The position numbers and the translations under genes are program-made. From Campylobacterales bacterium (lineage in GTDB: Bacteria; Campylobacterota; Campylobacteria; Campylobacterales; Sulfurimonadaceae), in assembly GCA_038205935.1 (NCBI GenBank), contig JBBRBK010000003.1, positions 37,742-101,741 of the forward strand: a DNA stretch of 64,000 nucleotides, written 5' to 3'. The stretch's first letter is position 1. The number at the start of each line of letters is the position of its first letter. This document shows, in pieces, positions 1 to 10,431 of the stretch. The notes beneath the pieces were generated by a model, which had not been told where the DNA came from, ran no database searches, and saw only the letters and a program-made list of their open reading frames with translations.

Positions 1-348
1 AATCGTTTGGGACGTATAGTCGATAGAACACGTCAACTTTCCATAGAATACCGCATATCTACAGGTGAAGATCTTGAGCGCATTTTATCCGAACTCAAGA
101 TTCTTACAACAAGAGCAAAAGTTATCAGAGGCAGTAATATGCTCGCAGTTATGAGTGTTTTATTTGTTTCACTCATTATCATCAGTTTATTTGGGTCCGC
201 GCTCTACAATCTTGACACGAGTTATCTGCTGATAACACTCTTTACATGTAGCATTATCAGCTTGATTGTGGCCCTCGGACTGTTTATATATGATATAGAA
301 CTCTCCTTAGAAGCTCTTTGGATCGAGCTTCCACAAGAACTAAACTAA
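1..348 (+). CDS. DUF2721-like membrane protein, 5'-truncated by window edge
   Basis: Frame open from base 1 (NRLGRIVDRTR motif); two C-terminal TM segments. Confidence 0.6.
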   Translation, partial: NRLGRIVDRTRQLSIEYRISTGEDLERILSELKILTTRAKVIRGSNMLAVMSVLFVSLIIISLFGSALYNLDTSYLLITLFTCSIISLIVALGLFIYDIELSLEALWIELPQELN

Positions 349-1149
349 TTAGTTACCAAAAACTGTTTTAAGAAGAGAAGTTGTTTGCGCAACAGGATCT
401 TTTCTTATCTGTGCTTCTTTTGTTGCAATCATTTTAAAAAGTCCCTCAATCGCTTTGCTTGTCACATAATCATCTAACTTTGCATCTTTTTCTGAAGGCA
501 AATATTCATCGGCTCCAAAACTTTTTGCCATGCCCATCAAAGAGTTATTTTCAACAACACCTTTTATGTTTGATGTATATAATCCATTAAACTTATCATA
601 ATATTTTGCTACGCTGTTTTGTTGCATACTTTTTACAACGATCGGCTTGATCATCTCTTGTAAAGAGCTGGTCGTATTTTTTTGAAAATACTCCGTAGCC
701 GCATGCTCATCGCCCGCTAAAATAGTTTTGGCGTCTTGCATGTTCATCTTTTCAATAGCTTTCATAAAAATAGAAGTGGTTTTAGGAGCAGCTTCAGTTG
801 CCGCGTCGTTCATGGACTGGATAAGATCATCTGCCACTTTATCTCCGCCGACTTTTCTTATCAAACTTTCCGCTTGTGCAAGCTTGTCTGGCAATGGGAT
901 TTTAACGTCTGCATTGTTTAAGTAGCCGTCTTTTTTGCTAAGTGTTTTGACACCAAAATCTACACCAATTTTAAGCGCTTCTTTGAGGCCGTTTGACACA
1001 GTAGAATCACTGAGATTCGAGGTCGTTTTTGTAGATGGACTCGGTTGCGTTGCTGTTTGTAATGCGTCACTTGCAAAACCTGAGAGATCAAAACTAAAAG
1101 CCATACTAGAGGCTAAAGTTAACGAAGTGAGTACAGAAAATACTTTCAT
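349..1149 (-). CDS. DUF4197 family exported protein
   Basis: Signal peptide; GLKEAL, IPLP, MNxAAxEAAP, GLFxMIAxxExxIRxDP motifs. Confidence 0.85.
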   Translation of the reverse strand: MKVFSVLTSLTLASSMAFSFDLSGFASDALQTATQPSPSTKTTSNLSDSTVSNGLKEALKIGVDFGVKTLSKKDGYLNNADVKIPLPDKLAQAESLIRKVGGDKVADDLIQSMNDAATEAAPKTTSIFMKAIEKMNMQDAKTILAGDEHAATEYFQKNTTSSLQEMIKPIVVKSMQQNSVAKYYDKFNGLYTSNIKGVVENNSLMGMAKSFGADEYLPSEKDAKLDDYVTSKAIEGLFKMIATKEAQIRKDPVAQTTSLLKTVFGN

Positions 1150-1272
1150 GTGAAGAGTCCTTTTTTATATATGTTAGCCAATTACTATAGAAATAGACTT
1201 TAAATTCGTTTTACATGTAAGCAATCGGCTATAATTTTACCAATAAAAAATCTACAAAATCGGGGAAGATCA

Positions 1273-2832
1273 TTGAGGCATAAAATCAAAAATGAGATAA
1301 AAGAAAATAAACAATACCTAACTCTTAGTTATCTCATCAGTATTTTAACCATCATTCCCCAAGCAATAGCTTCTGAATCAAATGACTTCGAGCACTTTAT
1401 ATTTCTACTCATTGTCTTGTTTGTCATGATACTCGTTTCGAAATTTAACAAACTTTTATTTGCTTTATTTATTATCTACATGAATGTGACAAATATCATT
1501 ATCTCACATATTTACATGCATTGGGGATATTGTGATGCGGATATCGGACCGAGGATCGAAGTCTCCGCCGTTTCCCCTGTGTATGAAACTTTAGAATACT
1601 TAAAAACTTACATCGATTACAGAGATATATTAGTATTCGTTTATACCTCCTTTGTGCTCTTTCTTCTTTATAAACTCTTAGTCCATTATAAACACTCTTT
1701 TAAGATCATAAGATTTTTAGGTTTTATTCTCGGCGCTGCCGTGATCGCGGCACTTTATTACTATTATGATCCTTTAGAATATGAAGAGCCTTTTAATATC
1801 CCAAATAAATGTATTACGGCGGAGGGACATAGCCAACTTTATAATGAAAGAACAAAATATCTAGCGAGTCTGCAACAAGAGTTCAAGCAAAACGACCATT
1901 CCCTCTATGATAAAATCGTAGTTATTCAAGGAGAATCTGTCAACAAAAATCACATGGCAATCTACAATTATGATGAAAATACAACTCCATTTTTATCCTC
2001 TTTAAAAGATCAAAATCAACTTTATGTTTTCAATGCCATCGCTCCGACAAATCAAACACGATACTCTATACCGATTTTACATACAAAAGCAAATGTTCAT
2101 AATTTTTCAGATGCATTTATTCACTCCAGATCGATTATTGGTGATTTTAAAATGCATAAATATAAAACATATTGGATCTCAAATCAAGGAGAAGCGGGAG
2201 AACATGATTCCTCTATCGCTTCTATGGCACAAGAAGCAGATGTCCATCATTTTGAAAATCTGAACTTTATGACCGCACAACCTGATGAAGTGTTGCTCTC
2301 TTATATCAACCATCTTCAAAACAGTTCCAAAAAAGAGATGTACCTCATCCATCTTATGGGTTCTCATGCGGATTATGAAAGAAGATATTCCTATAAACAG
2401 ATTTTATTTAAAGAACCTAGTAGTGTGGCACAAGATTATGACAATACAATTTTTTATACAGACTATATTTTAAAAAGTATCTTTACCTATTTCACAAATA
2501 CATTTCCAAATCAGAAAATACTCTTTGTCTACATCTCAGATCATGGCGAAGTTGTGAGTGAAAAAGAGCATGGACACGGTTATCTACCACCATTTAAAGA
2601 TGAATATGATGTCCCTTTTGTCATCTTTAGCAATGTTAAAAATAACAGAATTGATGAACTTTATAAAAACAATAAAAAAGGGGTTTTCAATCTTGAGAAT
2701 TTAAACTATATGATCGAGTATATAAGCGGGATGAGTGATGAAAATAATATCTCATACTCTAAAGATGTATTTGCTCTAGAACCTAAAAATATTGTTGACT
2801 ACAATACACTTCCATTTTACGATAAAAAATGA
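1273..2832 (+). CDS. Phosphoethanolamine transferase / sulfatase-like membrane protein
   Basis: N-terminal TMs; VIQGES, WISNQG, HLMGSH, YDNTI, YISDHGE motifs. Confidence 0.85.
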   Translation: MRHKIKNEIKENKQYLTLSYLISILTIIPQAIASESNDFEHFIFLLIVLFVMILVSKFNKLLFALFIIYMNVTNIIISHIYMHWGYCDADIGPRIEVSAVSPVYETLEYLKTYIDYRDILVFVYTSFVLFLLYKLLVHYKHSFKIIRFLGFILGAAVIAALYYYYDPLEYEEPFNIPNKCITAEGHSQLYNERTKYLASLQQEFKQNDHSLYDKIVVIQGESVNKNHMAIYNYDENTTPFLSSLKDQNQLYVFNAIAPTNQTRYSIPILHTKANVHNFSDAFIHSRSIIGDFKMHKYKTYWISNQGEAGEHDSSIASMAQEADVHHFENLNFMTAQPDEVLLSYINHLQNSSKKEMYLIHLMGSHADYERRYSYKQILFKEPSSVAQDYDNTIFYTDYILKSIFTYFTNTFPNQKILFVYISDHGEVVSEKEHGHGYLPPFKDEYDVPFVIFSNVKNNRIDELYKNNKKGVFNLENLNYMIEYISGMSDENNISYSKDVFALEPKNIVDYNTLPFYDKK

Positions 2833-2852
2833 TCTTATAAGATCCAAGATGA

Positions 2853-3122
2853 TCACCTATTTTGTGTATTACCAAGTGGATACCAATTTTTGTTATTGTT
2901 ATTGTCCTCATCTTGTTTAGTGCCGTCCATCAGCTGTTTAATGACTGCTACGTTGTTTATGATCGCGCTTATAGATCCATTTTGAGTCAGATTTGCATCT
3001 TTCTTTGGAGTTTGTTTTGCAGTTTGAGGCGTATTTATTGGTTCTAATGGAATCCAATTTTTATCTGCATAGAGGTTACTTATACCAAATAATAAAGAGA
3101 GTAAAGAAAGTCTAATTTTCAT
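2853..3122 (-). CDS. Small exported hypothetical protein
   Basis: 89 aa with signal peptide; follows the TPR gene on the same strand. Confidence 0.55.
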   Translation of the reverse strand: MKIRLSLLSLLFGISNLYADKNWIPLEPINTPQTAKQTPKKDANLTQNGSISAIINNVAVIKQLMDGTKQDEDNNNNKNWYPLGNTQNR

Positions 3123-3134
3123 AAAGATTGGACT

Positions 3135-4382
3135 CTACTCTTGAATGGCAAGAGTGATATCAGCTACTTTATTTCTGTAATCTGCGTTATTTGGCTCAAT
3201 TTTGAGTGCCATTTGATAATATTTAGAGGCCTGTTGATACTCTTTTTTCACATTATAAACATTGCCAATATTTGAAAGATAATCTGCATAATTTGGCATC
3301 AGTCCATCAGCTTTATTATAATAATTTAAGGCCTCATCATAATTTTCTAAAGTAAAGTATATATCGCCTACCGCATTATGATATCTTGCATTATTTGGTA
3401 CAAGCTCAATCGCTTTTTTATAGCAGATGAGCGCTTGGTCATACTCTTGCGTTTTGAGATACATATTTCCAATATTTGATTGATAATAAACATCATTTGG
3501 TTTGAGATGCAAGATCTTTTTATAGTAGCTAAACGCTTGATGAAAACCTTCAAGCTGATAATAGGCATTGCCTGCATTGAACTGATACAACACATTCCCT
3601 GGTTCTAGTTCCGCCGCTTTTTTAAAGTACAAAATAGCTTGCTGATAATCTTTAAGAGAAAAATATCTGTTTCCAAGTTCAAACTGGTGTTTTGCGTTAC
3701 TCAGTTCAAGTCCTGATGCGATTTGATAACGTTTATCTGCTTCATAGTAGTTTTCAAGTTTTCTGTAAGTGTCACCCATACTGATTTGATTGTATCCGCT
3801 GTTTGGCTGTAACTCGACTGCTTTTTTGAACAATGTGAGAGCTTTTGTATATTCTTGAAGTTCATAGTGTATCCAGCCGAGATTGTTTATATATACAGCA
3901 TTTGATGGCTCAAGGTCCGTGGCTTTGATATAGTATTCCAGAGCTTCACTATAATTTTTCATCACACAATAGGCATGACCGACATTAATATTGACAGCCG
4001 CATCATCTGAATTAAATTTTAAGAAGCAATACTTATCAAAAGAAAGTTCTTCTATAATAAAACTCTCTTCATATCTTAAAAGAGCATTTAAATTATATGT
4101 TCTTGAGACACGGATCAGTTCTTTCGCTTCTGCACTTTCTAGTTTAATACTAAAGGTGATCCCATCTACTGGTAGATTAAACTCTAACGTTTTGATATCA
4201 CTGTGAAGCTTAGAAGTAAAATAGAGAAGTTGCGTACTTGGTTCATACTGAGTGATGCTAATGTCACCAATATTGACAGTACCTAAATCCGACATCCTAT
4301 TTTTATATTTTTCTGCACTCTCAAAAAAACCTTTTTTGATTAATTTATTTGTTAATTTAATCTTATCCATCTTGTTTCTCAC
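3135..4382 (-). CDS. Tetratricopeptide repeat protein
   Basis: About 8 tandem 34-aa repeats (G..Y....Y..A..Y.KA..L.P.N) after a unique N-terminal region. Confidence 0.85.
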   Translation of the reverse strand: MRNKMDKIKLTNKLIKKGFFESAEKYKNRMSDLGTVNIGDISITQYEPSTQLLYFTSKLHSDIKTLEFNLPVDGITFSIKLESAEAKELIRVSRTYNLNALLRYEESFIIEELSFDKYCFLKFNSDDAAVNINVGHAYCVMKNYSEALEYYIKATDLEPSNAVYINNLGWIHYELQEYTKALTLFKKAVELQPNSGYNQISMGDTYRKLENYYEADKRYQIASGLELSNAKHQFELGNRYFSLKDYQQAILYFKKAAELEPGNVLYQFNAGNAYYQLEGFHQAFSYYKKILHLKPNDVYYQSNIGNMYLKTQEYDQALICYKKAIELVPNNARYHNAVGDIYFTLENYDEALNYYNKADGLMPNYADYLSNIGNVYNVKKEYQQASKYYQMALKIEPNNADYRNKVADITLAIQE

Positions 4383-4575
4383 TCAACTTTAGCAACAGTA
4401 ATCCTTGGCACAAAATAAAACTATAGGCCTCTTTTGGGCATTACAGCATTTTTCATACCTATTTTAGCTGAAATCTTTGGTGATTTTGTATTACAGTAAT
4501 TGAACAAAAGGGGTTTGAGGATTTACTAAGGATGGTTTATGCATTTTTATAAAGATAGATTTATTCTACATGTAA

Positions 4576-4606
4576 GGAGTAACCACCAGATAGCGTGGCT
4601 ACTCAG
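4576..4606 (-). terminator. Hairpin downstream of the sqr-DUF1641 operon
   Basis: GAGTAACCAC...GTGGCTACTC 10-bp stem with one G-U pair on the minus strand, just past the stop; weak U-tract. Confidence 0.45.
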
Positions 4607-4613
4607 AAAACTT

Positions 4614-4970
4614 TTACATCTGTTTTCCGATCCCTTTTGTAAGATTTAGCATAAATGCCAATCCTTTTCTTGTGTCTTCATCTTTGAGGAGTTTTAGCAT
4701 GCCAAAAAGAGATGGTACTTCATTTTTTGCACTCTCACGCTTGGCATAGCGCACTGCATTTTCTGTGACAAAACCAGCTGTTGCCATATTGTCTATAGAA
4801 TGCACCATCTTCTCAACTATAGGCGTTGTTGTCATCTCAATTTGATCAGATATTACAGCAAGTAAATCTATAAGATTGTCTATTCTTCCTGTCTGTACCA
4901 ACATCGTCATCTTATTTTCAAGCTCTTGCATTGCTGCTGTTTTTTGTACTTTTACTTCTTCGCTCATCAT
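4614..4970 (-). CDS. DUF1641-like protein
   Basis: C-terminal SLFGMLKLLKDEDTRKGLAF..K.IG motif; usual partner of type III SQR-like genes. Confidence 0.75.
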   Translation of the reverse strand: MMSEEVKVQKTAAMQELENKMTMLVQTGRIDNLIDLLAVISDQIEMTTTPIVEKMVHSIDNMATAGFVTENAVRYAKRESAKNEVPSLFGMLKLLKDEDTRKGLAFMLNLTKGIGKQM

Positions 4971-4977
4971 AATCCTC

Positions 4978-6165
4978 CTATAACATACCGCGTGCGGCAG
5001 CCCAATATAAACTTTTGTTAAAACCTAAACGCACAAAACTGCCAAGTTTACTACAAGGGGTCGGTTTAACATCTTCTTCATAGTCATACCAAAGTGGCAT
5101 ACCACAAGATAGACCCATCTGTGCAATGGCAATAACTTTTCCATCATATGACTCTGTTGGATACCCAAAACGTAACTCTGCTGCGATGTTGTCGACAAGA
5201 ACGTCTACTTGATTGTGAACAGTTCCCCCCGCTTTTGATACAGATAAATCAACAGTATCACCTAGTGTATAGACATTATCTAAACCTTTGACTTTCAAAG
5301 TTTTTTTATCAGTTGGCAACCAACCTTCGTTATCGAGTGCTTGGGATAATCCAGATTTTCGAATGACTTCAACAGCGATAAATGGTGGAGTGGACATCAA
5401 GATGTCAAACTCCAGCTCTTCTCCCTCTTCTGAGTAAGCTATTTTTTTCTTAGGATCAACTTTAAAGAGCGTAAAACTTGTCTTGTGTTTTACATTTATA
5501 CTATCAAAGATAGATGGCAGTACACTAGAAGTCGGAGCTTGCATGAAAAGACCATTCTTTACTGATTGTGATGTTGTTGGATAGGTATATACAATCTCAA
5601 TATCATCACGTACTCCTCTTTCTGTTAAGAAATCATGTAACATCATTGTCGTCTCAACCGGAGCAATACCACACTGGTGAGGGATATTTGGCGTTTTAGG
5701 AAAGTTTACAGTTACTAAAATTCGTCCACTTCTAATCTTTTCAAATTTTTTAGCTAACTTTTTAGCGCCTTCATAGCTATAGAACCAATCACCACCTTCT
5801 GTGAGTCCTGGTATTCTGTCTGCTGCAATTTCACAACCTGTTGCTAAGACAAGAAAATCATAGTTATACTTTGTTCCACTTGCGCCTTTTACAAAATTAC
5901 TTTTTGCATTTATCTCGACGGCTTTATCGACTTTGAAACCTACCTCTAGCATAAGAAGAGAACGCTGATCACGAATGAACTCGTGTCCTGCGGCTTTATG
6001 AAAGGCTACATACATCGCCCCTGGACGATACACATGAAGTTTTGAGTCAGAAATCATCATAATTTCTACCTCACCACGGTTAATTTCTGGCATAAGTTTG
6101 TTAGCGAGGTTATTAGCAGTCATAGTTCCGCCAGTACCACCACCGACTATAAGGATTTTCTTCAT
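4978..6165 (-). CDS. sqr: Sulfide:quinone oxidoreductase-like FAD oxidoreductase (type III-like)
   Basis: GGGTGG FAD motif, YDFLVLATG, CGIAPVE, GD...SKAG, YDG motifs. Confidence 0.7.
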   Translation of the reverse strand: MKKILIVGGGTGGTMTANNLANKLMPEINRGEVEIMMISDSKLHVYRPGAMYVAFHKAAGHEFIRDQRSLLMLEVGFKVDKAVEINAKSNFVKGASGTKYNYDFLVLATGCEIAADRIPGLTEGGDWFYSYEGAKKLAKKFEKIRSGRILVTVNFPKTPNIPHQCGIAPVETTMMLHDFLTERGVRDDIEIVYTYPTTSQSVKNGLFMQAPTSSVLPSIFDSINVKHKTSFTLFKVDPKKKIAYSEEGEELEFDILMSTPPFIAVEVIRKSGLSQALDNEGWLPTDKKTLKVKGLDNVYTLGDTVDLSVSKAGGTVHNQVDVLVDNIAAELRFGYPTESYDGKVIAIAQMGLSCGMPLWYDYEEDVKPTPCSKLGSFVRLGFNKSLYWAAARGML

Positions 6166-6209
6166 ATAGCACTCCTTTAATTTGTATGGAATGATAATAA
6201 CTGAAGTCT

Positions 6210-6248
6210 ACAAGGTATTAATAAGCTATCAATAAGGTTTTTATAAGG
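6210..6248. promoter_or_regulatory. Four A(T/C)AAG(G/C) boxes at 11-bp spacing, probable response-regulator binding site
   Basis: ACAAGG 6210, ATAAGC 6221, ATAAGG 6232, ATAAGG 6243, upstream of sqr. Confidence 0.55.
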
Positions 6249-6251
6249 ATT

Positions 6252-6935
6252 TTAAGAGATATTGAGACGGTATCCCAAGCCCTTGAGATTTTCAACAAGC
6301 GAGGCATAGAGTTTTTTACGTAGACCTACAACTAGCATTCGTATGGCATCATCAGATACCGGCTCATCATAAAGATTTTGCTCTATCATCTCTAAACCGA
6401 CAACACCTTGTTTGTTTTTGATCAGTAGTTCTAAGAGTAAAAGCTCTTTTTTTGTAAGCCTAATTGCTTGTAACTCTTTATAGACCATCTTTTTTGTAAA
6501 GTCATAATGAAAGCCCTCTCCTAAGTTTGAGATCGTAGGAATAGAGAGAGACTCCGGCATATGTGAAGAAAGAGCGACGAGTAGTTCATCTATATCGATG
6601 GGCTTTTTCAGATAAAGATGCACACCTGATTCAACAGCGCGGTTGAGATAAGGTTGTGAGTTAAAAGCAGTCATAACGACACGAAAAGTTTGTGGTGAGA
6701 TAATGGAGATTTTGTGTAAAAAGCTAAGTCCATCTACTTCAGGCATCTGTATATCAGTCACAATAATATCTGTCGGCTTTTGTATAAACATCTCTAACGC
6801 ATCCATAGCATTTGTAGCTGAGTAGACCTCTTTAAAGTAGATTTTAAGAATCCGTACGAGCCATTTGAGCGTACTTGGATCATCTTCTGCCACTAATATA
6901 GTGTGTATTGATAAACGCTTTTGTATCGCTTCCAT
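6252..6935 (-). CDS. OmpR-family response regulator
   Basis: LVAEDD, TDIQMP, KP receiver motifs plus winged-helix domain (LRKKL, GLGY); start set to ATG 6935 with GGAG RBS. Confidence 0.9.
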   Translation of the reverse strand: MEAIQKRLSIHTILVAEDDPSTLKWLVRILKIYFKEVYSATNAMDALEMFIQKPTDIIVTDIQMPEVDGLSFLHKISIISPQTFRVVMTAFNSQPYLNRAVESGVHLYLKKPIDIDELLVALSSHMPESLSIPTISNLGEGFHYDFTKKMVYKELQAIRLTKKELLLLELLIKNKQGVVGLEMIEQNLYDEPVSDDAIRMLVVGLRKKLYASLVENLKGLGYRLNIS

Positions 6936-6936
6936 A

Positions 6937-8403
6937 CTATTTACTCTCCTTGCATCGCAACGTGATACAAAACTTTGTACCTTCATTGTAGTTTTGAACA
7001 TTAAGGTGGCCTTGCATGTGATGTTCAATAATAATCTTTGACATGTAGAGTCCTATGCCACTTCCATTTTCTCGTGTTGTAAAATAGGGATCAAATATTT
7101 TATCCAAACTTTCCTCTTCTATGCCGCCTCCATTATCTGCGATACAGATGTTTAGTTTCTCTCCAGCTGAATATAGAACAATATCTATCATTCCATTTTG
7201 TCTGGCTGTTTTGACTATAGCTGTCATTGCATTATGCACTATGTTCATCACTACTTGTTTAAACTCAGTTGGAAATCCCATAACCTCTAGAGATAGTCCC
7301 TCCTTAAACTCTATATTTACTTTTATATTATGAGATTTTAGTTGTACATCTATCAAACGCAGGGCATCTTCTATACTATGCAAAACAGAAAAACTCTCTT
7401 TTGTTTTAGAGATGCGAAAAAAACCACTAAAATCATCAATAGTTTGAGACATATAGTTGATTTTTTCCATAATCTCACTCTCTACCTCCATCAGAGATTC
7501 TTTATCTAAAGTCTCACTTTTACTGATATGTTTGAGGCCTTGGACTATAAGCCCTAAACCATTAAGAGGTTGTCTCCATTGATGCGCGATAGAATCTATC
7601 ATCTCGCCCATCGCTGCTAAACGTGACTGATGGCACATGATCTCATACTGCTCTGTACGTTTGGCTACTTCCATTTCAACTTGGCGTTTGAGTTCCTCTT
7701 GGTATTTTATATCCTGTGTGATATCAGAGGTGATCATCACGATCTCATCACGACTTTTTAAGTAACTAAGAGACATACTTGCATTAATATGTTCTCCTGA
7801 TTTGGTCACACAAACCTTACGGAAGTTTTGTATGCTTCCATTTTTTATGGCTTTTTGTACCGCAGTTTGAGAGGCCTCAGAATACTCAGGAGCTGAAAGT
7901 GAGATACAAGATTCCTTGCGTAACTCTTCCATCGTATATTCCATCATATCTTGAAAGAACTGATTTGCATACAAAAACATCCCATTATGATCGAGAATAG
8001 ATATACCATTGGCAGCCAAATCAAAAACAGCCTGAAGCTCCTCTTTTTTAGAGAGTAAGTCATAAACACTTTTTTTGAGTTGGGATTCTACACTACTATA
8101 ACGTGTCACATCCATAAGATAAAGCAGAGAGTTTTTTCCCTCTTCTAGCCTCGTAAAGTTAGCATCATAGTTGTGATTTAAAAATGAAATATTAAGAGAA
8201 TCAATATCTCCATTGATGAGCGATAAAACCTTCTTATAAATCTTTTTGTCAAACAAGATGGATAAGCTTATTGGTTTTGATAAATCAAAATTTTTTTCAA
8301 ATAGTTTATGCTGCTGTCCATATACAGCATTTACAAAATGCTCATTATTGAGAGAAAATATCAGAGATTGAGGAAAAGTTTTGAGGATATCGATTGTATT
8401 CAT
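6937..8403 (-). CDS. PAS-domain sensor histidine kinase, cytoplasmic
   Basis: PAS domain, IAHQWRQPL H-box, DNGGGI, GSGIGLY; no TM segment. Confidence 0.9.
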   Translation of the reverse strand: MNTIDILKTFPQSLIFSLNNEHFVNAVYGQQHKLFEKNFDLSKPISLSILFDKKIYKKVLSLINGDIDSLNISFLNHNYDANFTRLEEGKNSLLYLMDVTRYSSVESQLKKSVYDLLSKKEELQAVFDLAANGISILDHNGMFLYANQFFQDMMEYTMEELRKESCISLSAPEYSEASQTAVQKAIKNGSIQNFRKVCVTKSGEHINASMSLSYLKSRDEIVMITSDITQDIKYQEELKRQVEMEVAKRTEQYEIMCHQSRLAAMGEMIDSIAHQWRQPLNGLGLIVQGLKHISKSETLDKESLMEVESEIMEKINYMSQTIDDFSGFFRISKTKESFSVLHSIEDALRLIDVQLKSHNIKVNIEFKEGLSLEVMGFPTEFKQVVMNIVHNAMTAIVKTARQNGMIDIVLYSAGEKLNICIADNGGGIEEESLDKIFDPYFTTRENGSGIGLYMSKIIIEHHMQGHLNVQNYNEGTKFCITLRCKESK

Positions 8404-8573
8404 TCAATGAGCCTAAATAGTTTAAGATAAAAAATTATATCTGAGACCTCTTAATATAGTAAGACATCTTAGTTTTGAAACTATATGAAATCTCATTATA
8501 TTTCTATAAGGTTAGTTCTCTATAATTTAAAAACGATAAGTATAGCTTAACGTTTTTAAATTAAGGATTTAAT

Positions 8574-9086
8574 ATGCCAAAAAGTATACCTTGGTGGGTT
8601 GGTGGAATTGCCATGAGTTTGCTCTTTTACCTTTCGTTTTCAGTTTGGGGAGCAGATCGCCCCATTGGAGCATCTACCGGAATGAGCTACATAGCAAATA
8701 TGCTTTTTGGGCTTGAACCAGAGAAGTACAAATATGCTGAAATAGTCAAAGAAGGTGGCGCATGGGAGGCTGTGATGCTTGTGGGAGTCTTCTTTGGTGG
8801 ACTTTTTATGTCTGTGTTTGTGACTAAAACCTTTCATATAAGCTACATCCCTACACTCTGGAAAGAACGAAAAAATAAGTCGGTCAAATCTCGTATGATT
8901 TGGAGTTTTATAGCAGGATTTTTACTTGTTTTTGGTGCTCGTTTGGCCGGTGGATGCAATGCCGGACATATTCTCTCAGGCGGTTCTCAAATCGCTGTAA
9001 GTGGTATTATATTTGCCGTCGTCGCTTTAGGAACAGGGATAATAACAGGTAGATTTTTCTACAAGAAAAAAGGGTGTAAAGTATGA
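8574..9086 (+). CDS. YeeE/YedE sulfur-compound transporter subunit
   Basis: GARLAGGCNAGH motif; multiple TMs. Confidence 0.85.
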   Translation: MPKSIPWWVGGIAMSLLFYLSFSVWGADRPIGASTGMSYIANMLFGLEPEKYKYAEIVKEGGAWEAVMLVGVFFGGLFMSVFVTKTFHISYIPTLWKERKNKSVKSRMIWSFIAGFLLVFGARLAGGCNAGHILSGGSQIAVSGIIFAVVALGTGIITGRFFYKKKGCKV

Positions 9087-9676
9087 TGGAGAGAATCTCA
9101 AATATGTTTGCAACTGTCGCAAATCAAGCGCATGGTTCTGTGTGGCTTGTGCTGTTTATAGGGTTTTGTTTTGGTGCTATCATCCTCTACTCTCGTCTTG
9201 ATAAGTTTGAAAAGATGGCTGGATTTATGATATTTGAAGACACTTTAGTCCCTCGAATGGCGATGACAACGGTTGCCCTTTCAAGCCTAGGTTTTTATTT
9301 TTTAGTGGATGCAGGTTATGCTAGCTATGCCATAAAACCCACTATTCTTAGTGGTCTCATCATCGGTGGCATACTTTTTGGTATGGGCTTAGTTATACTT
9401 GGAAAGTGTCCATCTGCGTTTTTCGTTTCAGTATCAGAGGGACGTGTCGATGCGTTTGTAGGCGTTCTTGGCGGTATGGTCGGTGGAGCTGTTTTTACTA
9501 TAGCTTATCCGTGGATAGAGAAGATAATAGGACCAGATTTAGGAAAGATTAGACTGAGTGACCTCTTTGGCGGCTACGATCTTGCCATAGTTCTTACACT
9601 AAGTATCGCTCTTTTAGTCACTGCCTATTTTCTTCCAACTATCAACTATGTTGATCCTGCGGATGAAAAAAAGTAA
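9083..9676 (+). CDS. YeeE/YedE family membrane protein
   Basis: GGILFGMG...GKCP motif; overlaps the previous stop. Confidence 0.8.
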   Translation: MMERISNMFATVANQAHGSVWLVLFIGFCFGAIILYSRLDKFEKMAGFMIFEDTLVPRMAMTTVALSSLGFYFLVDAGYASYAIKPTILSGLIIGGILFGMGLVILGKCPSAFFVSVSEGRVDAFVGVLGGMVGGAVFTIAYPWIEKIIGPDLGKIRLSDLFGGYDLAIVLTLSIALLVTAYFLPTINYVDPADEKK

Positions 9677-9822
9677 AGAAGTTGAGTAAAGCTAATTAAA
9701 TATCAACACAGAACTTATCTATATATCATCTTTTAAGTGACTGAGTAGATTAAATTAGTTTATATTCAAATTTAGATTTCAGTCCTTATAGATAGAATTT
9801 TAATAAATTTTAAGGAGATAGA

Positions 9823-10380
9823 ATGAAATTCTACAAAATCATATTGGCAGGAATACTAACAGTTTCTTCAGTTTACGCAACAACAAATGAGACAGTCACA
9901 CTTGAAGGTAAAAAAGTCACACTTACAGGAAATAAAATAAACGTAGGCGACAAAGCTCCTAGTGTAAAAGTAATCACGAGTGATTTAAAAGAGATTACAG
10001 TTGGTGGCAAAACTACAAAAACTCAAGTTTTACTTGTTGTTCCAAGTATAGATACTCCGGTATGTGATATGGAAGCGCGTAGATTCAACACAGAAGCGGC
10101 TAATATGAAGAATGTTCAAATTATTGTTATATCGATGGACTTACCTTTTGCTGGAAGTCGTTATTGTGCTGCACATGGGATCAAAAACATCACTGTCGCA
10201 AGTGATTTTCAAGCAAAAGAGTTCGGAAAAGCTTATGGTACATTGATTAACAGTACAGTACTAAAAGGTCTTGAAACTCGTACTGTTTTCATTATTAAAG
10301 ATGGAAAAGTGACTTATAAACAACTTGTTCCTGAAATTACTCATGCTCCAGATTATGAGGCAGTTCTAAAAGCTCTATAG
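9823..10380 (+). CDS. tpx: Thiol peroxidase with signal peptide
   Basis: VPSIDTPVC, ISMDLPFA..RYC, VPEITHAPDY motifs. Confidence 0.9.
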   Translation: MKFYKIILAGILTVSSVYATTNETVTLEGKKVTLTGNKINVGDKAPSVKVITSDLKEITVGGKTTKTQVLLVVPSIDTPVCDMEARRFNTEAANMKNVQIIVISMDLPFAGSRYCAAHGIKNITVASDFQAKEFGKAYGTLINSTVLKGLETRTVFIIKDGKVTYKQLVPEITHAPDYEAVLKAL

Positions 10381-10431
10381 CTTTAGACTGCTCCACCTTT
10401 TTAAAATCTACTTTTCACTTTCTAAAAACTT

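Noticed and set aside
6936..7028. Extended response-regulator N-terminus
   Set aside because: It overlaps the kinase 3' end; ATG 6935 has an RBS.
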